Shown here: one piece after another, positions 57,550 to 64,000 of the stretch
Layout of the letters: every line of letters starts with the position of its first letter
Position numbering within the stretch: the stretch's first letter is position 1
Source of the DNA: Azolla caroliniana
Taxonomy: Eukaryota; Plantae; Polypodiophyta
Direction: 5' to 3'
Length of the DNA stretch: 64,000 nucleotides
Assembly (NCBI GenBank): GCA_043228905.1
Contig: JBHGNT010000007.1
Span: forward strand, 22,072,001 to 22,136,000
Position numbers and translations under genes: made by a program
The notes under the pieces: generated by a model
Told to the model about the DNA's origin: nothing
Databases searched by the model: none
The model's input: only the letters and a program-made list of their open reading frames with translations

Positions 57550-60500
57550 AACCCAATGTCATCCGCTCAAGTGGAAGGAACTCAAGGAAATCCTCTTGGA
57601 CAAATGTCCATTGAGATGTATTTTTCACAAATAAGCCAATACCTTAGTTTCACCGCTCAACAGATGACCGAACTTCGGCAATCTCAAAGTGCTCTCAAGA
57701 CACGTGTCATTAGTTTACAACGTGAGAGTAATAGACCTGATGAGCGATAGGGTGAACCATCGTTTCTCGTTAAGCCATTTACGAGAGAAAAAAAGGAAAG
57801 AACCGAAGAAGCAATCTACACGTGGCTAGGCCGATGGGAGTCTCATTTTGAGCTCTATCCCACACTAGATAGTACGAAGATTGCATATGTCGACCGAGAA
57901 CTAGGGGGTAAGGCCGCCGCCTGGTGGCGTGGGCTCCGAACTTTGGGGAAATTGCCCGATACCTGGATAGAATTTGTCACAGTTTTTAAGGGCCAATTTT
58001 TTGCAACCTCCCTCTCGAATCGAGGTAGCACAAGCTTTAATGAACCTCTCTAGCATGAAGTTTTCCTCGCTAGCAGACGATGTCCACCATGCTAGAATCC
58101 ATTTCCAAAAATCAGGTCTAGAAGGGGAAAATTGGTAAATAGCTTGTTTTGTCAATGGCATCCCCAATTCGGACTATCACTGGATAGTGCACGCTAAATC
58201 CTTTGAAGAGGCCGTTGAAATAGTTCTTCACTACCAACGCACTTCGAAGAAGGACAACAACAAACCCAACGAAGCGCTCGGGACTAAGTAGTCGCAATTC
58301 GCTGGGAAACGCATGACACCCAACGAACTCATGGATCGCGATTGTAAGCGACAACATCCTTTTTGTGTATTCTGCAAAAAGAAGGGTCATACAAAAGAGC
58401 AATGTTGAAAGCTCCAACGGAAAGAGCACAATAGCAAATCTAAAGCTGCAGACCATAAAGGTCAGATTCCTAATGTCCTTCAGGTCTATACACATCATTT
58501 AAGTAATTGTCAATGTTCTTTCCCTCACTATGTATTGGGTCCCAATGATTTACTACGTGCAAACAAGTATATCAATGGATCTCCTGTACAATTTTTGTTT
58601 GATTTGGGAAGCTCACACAACTTTGTGAATGATCGTTTGGTTCAGATATGGGGAATCCAACCCACTGTAAGTGATCACACCTATACGGTGCACTTGGTTA
58701 ATGGAAGAGTACAATACATCAACATGGTGATTCATTCATTAGGAATTTCTATTGATACTTATATAGAGGAAGTAGACTTCCATGTAATGAATCTTTGTAC
58801 CACTGATGTAATACTAGGTTATCCCTGGTTCTATAATACAAACTCTTCTTTATCTATTGATTGGGTTCATCATTCAATAACTTTTGTACTGAACGATTGT
58901 ACTCATTTTATTCAATGTGTAAAAAAACAATCCCTCTCAATTGTTTCCTCTCTATCAATATCCAAGTTGTCTTGTTCTACTCTATTTTATTGTGTACTTG
59001 ATCCGGACATTCACGTTTACAATATCGATAATGTCTCGGTTCAATTAACATATTTTGAACAACAACAACTTGATGAAATCTTAAATGATTTTCGTGATGT
59101 TTTTTCGAGTGAACTACCATATGGGTTACCTCCTAAACGTAATATAGACTATCGTATAGATATTGTTCTTGGTGTTGCACCAATAAGTATACCTCCTTAT
59201 CTCTTAAGTCGATCTAAAGAGGATGAGGTATCTAAGCAACTCAAGGACTATTTACGAATGGGTTATATACGTTATAGTAAATCTCCATGGGGTGCACGAG
59301 TTCTCTTGGTTAAAAAGAAAGAGGGCACATGGCGTATGTGTATTAATTACTGACGCTTGGATAAAGTGACGATCAAGAATTCGTATCCATTGCCTCGAAC
59401 TAACGATCTAATTGACCGTCTCCAGGGTGCTCGGTATTTTACGAAACTTGATCTCCATACTGGCTACCATCAAATTCATATAAGTGAGGACGATATTCCT
59501 AAAACGGCACTTCGTACGCGCTATGGGCATTATGAGTTTTTGGTTATCTTTTTTGGTTTGACCAATGCTCTGGCTACATTCGAACAAGAAATGAATGATA
59601 TTTTCAAAGAACAACTTGAAAATTTTGTCGTTATTTTCTTGGATGATATTTTAGTTTATAGCCGTACATTACAAGAACATGCTAAACATGTCCGCTTTGT
59701 TTTACAAACATTGTGTGACAAACAGTTTTATGCGAAGATCTCAAAATGTGAGTTCTTCAAGAAATCAATTACTTAACTTGGACATCTCATAACCGAACGA
59801 GGAGTTGAAATTGATCCTTCTCACATCGAGAAAATCAAGCTTTGGCCCACTCTTCGGAATATTCAAGAAATTCGATCATTCCTTGGTTTTGTCGGGTTTT
59901 TGTGAAAATCCCTTCGTAATTACTCCCAATTGATGACGCCGTTTAGTGATCTTCTAAAAGGTCAAACGCATAAGTTTACAAAACCTATTGTCTGGAATAC
60001 TACACTAGACCTCGCCTTTAAACAACTCAAGGACCTGGTGTGCAAGGCTCCTTCGCTTCTTTTACTTGATCCTTCAAAACCTTTTGAGGTTGAAACCGAT
60101 GCAAGCAATTATGCTATAGGTGTTGTCTTATATCAAGATGGTAAACCAATAGCATTTGAGAGTAAGAAACTTGATTCTACTCAATGTCGGTATACCGTTC
60201 AAGAAAAGGAGTTATTTGCAATTATACATGCGCTCAAAACATGGCGCCATTATCTTTATGGAAATTGTTTTGTGGTAACTACGGACCACAAGTCCTTGAA
60301 ATATTTTTGTGACCAACAAGACCTGAAAGGTCGTAAGGCACGATGGGTTGATCTCATCCAGGACTTTGATTTTTCCATACGATATCGTAAAGGTTCCATG
60401 AACATTGTTGTTGATGCACTAAGTCGCATCCGTGAAGTTAACATGCTTAGCTTCACTGAAATAACATCAGATCTTTATGATCACCTTCAAGGAAAGTATC

Positions 60501-62349
60501 ATGATGATAGTTATTTTGCGAAATAGTGGGCAAGATTTGAGTCTGGAACAGACACCACCACATCCTCGAAGGAATACTTCCACATTGCTAACGGTCTGTT
60601 TTATCGTAATGGGAAGGTTTGTGTTCCAGATTTACCTGAGGTCAAAAAGATTATTCTTTTTAATGCCATGACGCACCCTCAGCAGGGCACCCCGGAATAC
60701 ATCGTACACTCATTCTCATCTCCACTCAATTTTATTGGCCTAAGATGCGTCCTGACATACATAGCTATGTGACTAAATGTCACCAATGTCAGGTTAACAA
60801 AGTCGAGCGACTTAAAGCCGCAGGACTTTTACATCCCTTGGACATTCCCAATTATAAGTGGGAAAGTATATCCACGGATTTTATTGTTAGCCTTCCTCTC
60901 ACCCAAAAAGGTCATGATGCCATATGGGTTGTGGTTGACAGACTAACTAAAATGGCCAGATTTATTGCTACGAAAACCATGCTAACAGCTCCTGAATTGG
61001 CTTACCAATTCGTTGACGAGTTATTTCGTTTTATGGGTTACCGATGGATATCATGAGTGATCGAGATCCAAAGTTTACTAGTGACTTCTAGACGCAAGTC
61101 TTTAAGAAGTTAGAAACTACATTGAGCATGAGCTCCACGGATCATCCGAAAATCCGATGGACAAACAGAACGAGTAAATCAAATTATTGAGGACATGCTT
61201 TGAGCATACATTGGTACAAAACCAACAAAATGGGAATGTTATCTCCCAATTTTGGAGTTTGCTTATAACAGCTCCAAGCATACATTGACGGGATATAGTC
61301 CTTTTATGTTGATGTATGGTTTTCAGCCACCAGCCCCGATTGATGTTAATATACATCATGATGAGTTACGAAGTATGCAAAACTTTCTTCCAGATATGCA
61401 AGATATGTTGCATATTGCACGAGATAATATAAAAACAGCTCAAGATAGAGCGCGTTTTTATGCCGATCATCATAGGCAACCTCCTATATTCAACCCTTGA
61501 CAGAAGGTATTTTTACGTGTACCTCACAATTCTAAGACATTTTCTAAGGGTAAGTGTGCTAAGTTAGCCCCACGGTTTTGTGGACCTTTTACAGTCCTCA
61601 AACGCATTGGGTCATTAGCCTATCGTCTCACTCTACCCGATGGTCTTGAAATTCATCCAGTTTTTCATGTGAGTCGTCTAAAAGAACTTCTAGGTTCTGG
61701 CAACAATACAATTACAACTGAAACTCTGGTTACTTCTGAAGAATTATCTTCTAAACCACATGTACTAGAAAGAATTCTCGATGTTAAAACAAAAAAATTA
61801 CGTACTAAAGAAATCCGAGAATTTAAAATAAAATGGATGGATAAATCAATAAAAGATGCCACATGGGAACGGGAAAATACTCTCAGAACTAACTTCCCTA
61901 ACTTTCCATTGCAAGAGTGCAATGTTTTAAAGAGGGGGAGTATGTTATGGGCATGACCATATAATATCTCGTGGTGAGAATTTACCGTAGTATTCTATAC
62001 ATGTGGATAAGTGTGAGGGTTAAACGAGAGTGTAAAGAAGGGGAGGATTACTTGTAATCCTCAGGATTGAGACAACCCATTAGGCCACTTGCATGGGGGC
62101 CTTGGGTATCACTATAAATAAGAGGCCTAACTACCCTCATTTGATCATCTTTTGACTACGTCGAGACTCTGTTTCATGGTGGTTCAACTCTTGTAGCAAG
62201 TGCGCCAGCACCAGGTACGACACAATGCCATAGCGGTGGTATGGGACGCCAATCGAGGCTCGAGTCCATGTCCATTTCGGCACCCTTCTTTCTCTCTCTC
62301 CTTTCTATCTATCTAGCTATCATTCTTTTCTCCTTATCATACACTTACA
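57550..62349 (+). mobile_element. Degenerate chromovirus-type Gypsy (gag-PR-RT-RH-INT-chromodomain-like) with 3' LTR ~61943-62349
   Basis: [35 protein letters not shown]...IKW...DATWE; PPT AAAGAGGGGGAG; many stops. Confidence 0.85.
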
Positions 62350-62359
62350 TTAGATCATA

Positions 62360-64000
62360 TCTCTAATACATCAGGTACAATGTGTTGATCTTCTAGGCTC
62401 GAGCCACAATCAGGCTTCCTTTGCTAAATTTCATGACTCCGTTCCGGATGCTACCCCATGTAGCCTTCATCATCTAGCCGACCGGTTGATATCAGGTTCA
62501 ACCGAACCTCCGGAACGTGTTGGACATCCTTTAGCAGCGGCTTGCACCCGGTTGATGTCATCAACCACACATGTCCTATGCCAACGATTCGGCAGGTACC
62601 TTCATTCCCCATCCGGACACAACCATGATCTTCAGCTGTGTAGGATGAGAAGCATTTCGAGTCTGGTGTCAGTCAAATGGAACGACGCTCCAGAATTGAC
62701 AACCCACGTTGTCTCGTCGCTGACAAGAGCTCGCTCTCCTCAGCAATGAGCATCAATTCTTCTTCACTTGTCACAATCGTTGATGTTCCTTTTCTCTCCG
62801 AACCTTTCTGGTCCAAACCTTTCTTCGAATCGGCACTGTCGGTTCCTTTCTCTTTCCTGAAATTCTGATAGTTCCCTAGCTTTCCGCAATAAAAGCAAGT
62901 GGGCCTTCCCCTTGACTTCGACCTCGTCCCCGATTTTTCCCGGTATTGGGGACTCTGATACCGGCCTCTTCCCCGGTTATGGTCATCATCCGTGACCAAG
63001 ACCTTCGGATCAGTTCCGGACTCCTAATCCTTCCGGCAAGTTTCTTCATCTAGCAAGCTTGATTTTACCTTTGCTAGGGACAATTGCTTTCCTTCCGGCC
63101 CGGCGTTGCCCAAAGTGACAACTAACGTCTCCCAACTATCCGGGAGGGAACCGACCAGGAGCAATGCAAGTACCTCGTCGGCTAGAGGTACTTCGAGCAA
63201 AGTTGTTTGGTTTATGAGCCCCTGAAATGCGTTCATGTGCTCCGCCATGCTGGATCCGTCCCGGTATCGGAGTTTCACTAACTTCCGGAATACCGAAACC
63301 CGATTTACGGCGTTTTTACTCTCCAGCATGGTGCCGATTTTTTCCCAAAGCACATGAGCCTTACTTTCTTCATTGAAGTTGTTGTACAGGCTCATGTCGA
63401 TGAAGCACCGTATGTATGTCGTTGTCTTCATGTGCATCACCTCCCATGTCCCGGCATCAATCTTATCTGGTTTCTTATCCCCGAACTGTACCAGCAACCA
63501 GAGATCCTTGACCACGAGCATATCCCTCATCTTCGACTTCCACACTAGGTAGTTGGAGCGGGTGAGCTTGAACATGCTGCCGAATGATTCTTCCATTTCC
63601 TTTGTATGCTTTGATACCAGATTGTGCGGAAATAATGCTCGGCCACAACTGAGTCTTCAACAAGCAATAGAAGAGAACAAACTAAAACCGAGATGACATA
63701 GGACATTAACGTGGAAATCCCTAAATGGGAAAAACCACAGGAGCCCATAGACTCCAACTATCACTATGAGAGGAGGAATAGAATGTGAGACTCAGAGGCA
63801 ACGACCTCGAGCTCTATGTCTTCGCCAAACCGGTGGTTACAATAGAAAACTAGTTCTCTATCTCTCTCTCCCTCTCTCACTCTCTATATACAACAATATA
63901 CAACAACACCATATCACTACACTCACTTAACTACATAAAGTGATTGCCCTAAGTCATATTTATACTTATATGAATTTAGGGCTATTTACAAATATAGCCT
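62360..64000 (-). mobile_element. Tork-like Copia 5' fragment (LTR, PBS, gag, PR), related to 39979-45597
   Basis: LTR from 63623 to the window end shares GGCTATATTTGTAAATAGCCCTAAA with the intact Copia LTR. PBS GCTTTGATACCA at 63608-63619. gag 63024-63596, SRGRPTCFYCGK. Confidence 0.85.

Overview
Gene-free, heterochromatin-like plant DNA, probably from a non-seed land plant (inferred from the Tcn1-like and Trp-primed Gypsy lineages). The left ~39 kb is a degenerate tandem array of tRNA-Cys(GCA)-derived units with a ~606-bp trimeric higher-order repeat. It has been hit by several insertions: a Trp-primed Gypsy (<1-6501), a complete Athila/Tat-like Gypsy (9932-20114, TSD CGAAT), a second Athila/Tat-like Gypsy (20845-36711), and a Sola-like/DUF7869-type transposase relic. 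The second Athila/Tat-like element hosts a non-autonomous gag-only element (21745-31996, TSD CCGT), which in turn hosts an intact self-priming chromovirus (25766-31514, TSD GTTAA). The right ~25 kb holds an intact Tnt1/Tork-like Copia (39979-45597, TSD AAGAT) nested in an older relative, two head-to-head Copia relics, a partly duplicated chromovirus relic and another Tork-like fragment. The most unusual signal is in both Athila/Tat-like elements. They lack a polypurine tract and instead carry, 2 nt from the 3' LTR, a conserved hairpin plus a tRNA-Arg 3'-end sequence ending in CCA. This amounts to a second, inverted PBS and suggests tRNA-primed plus-strand synthesis. All calls are from reading the sequence; no database searches were run.
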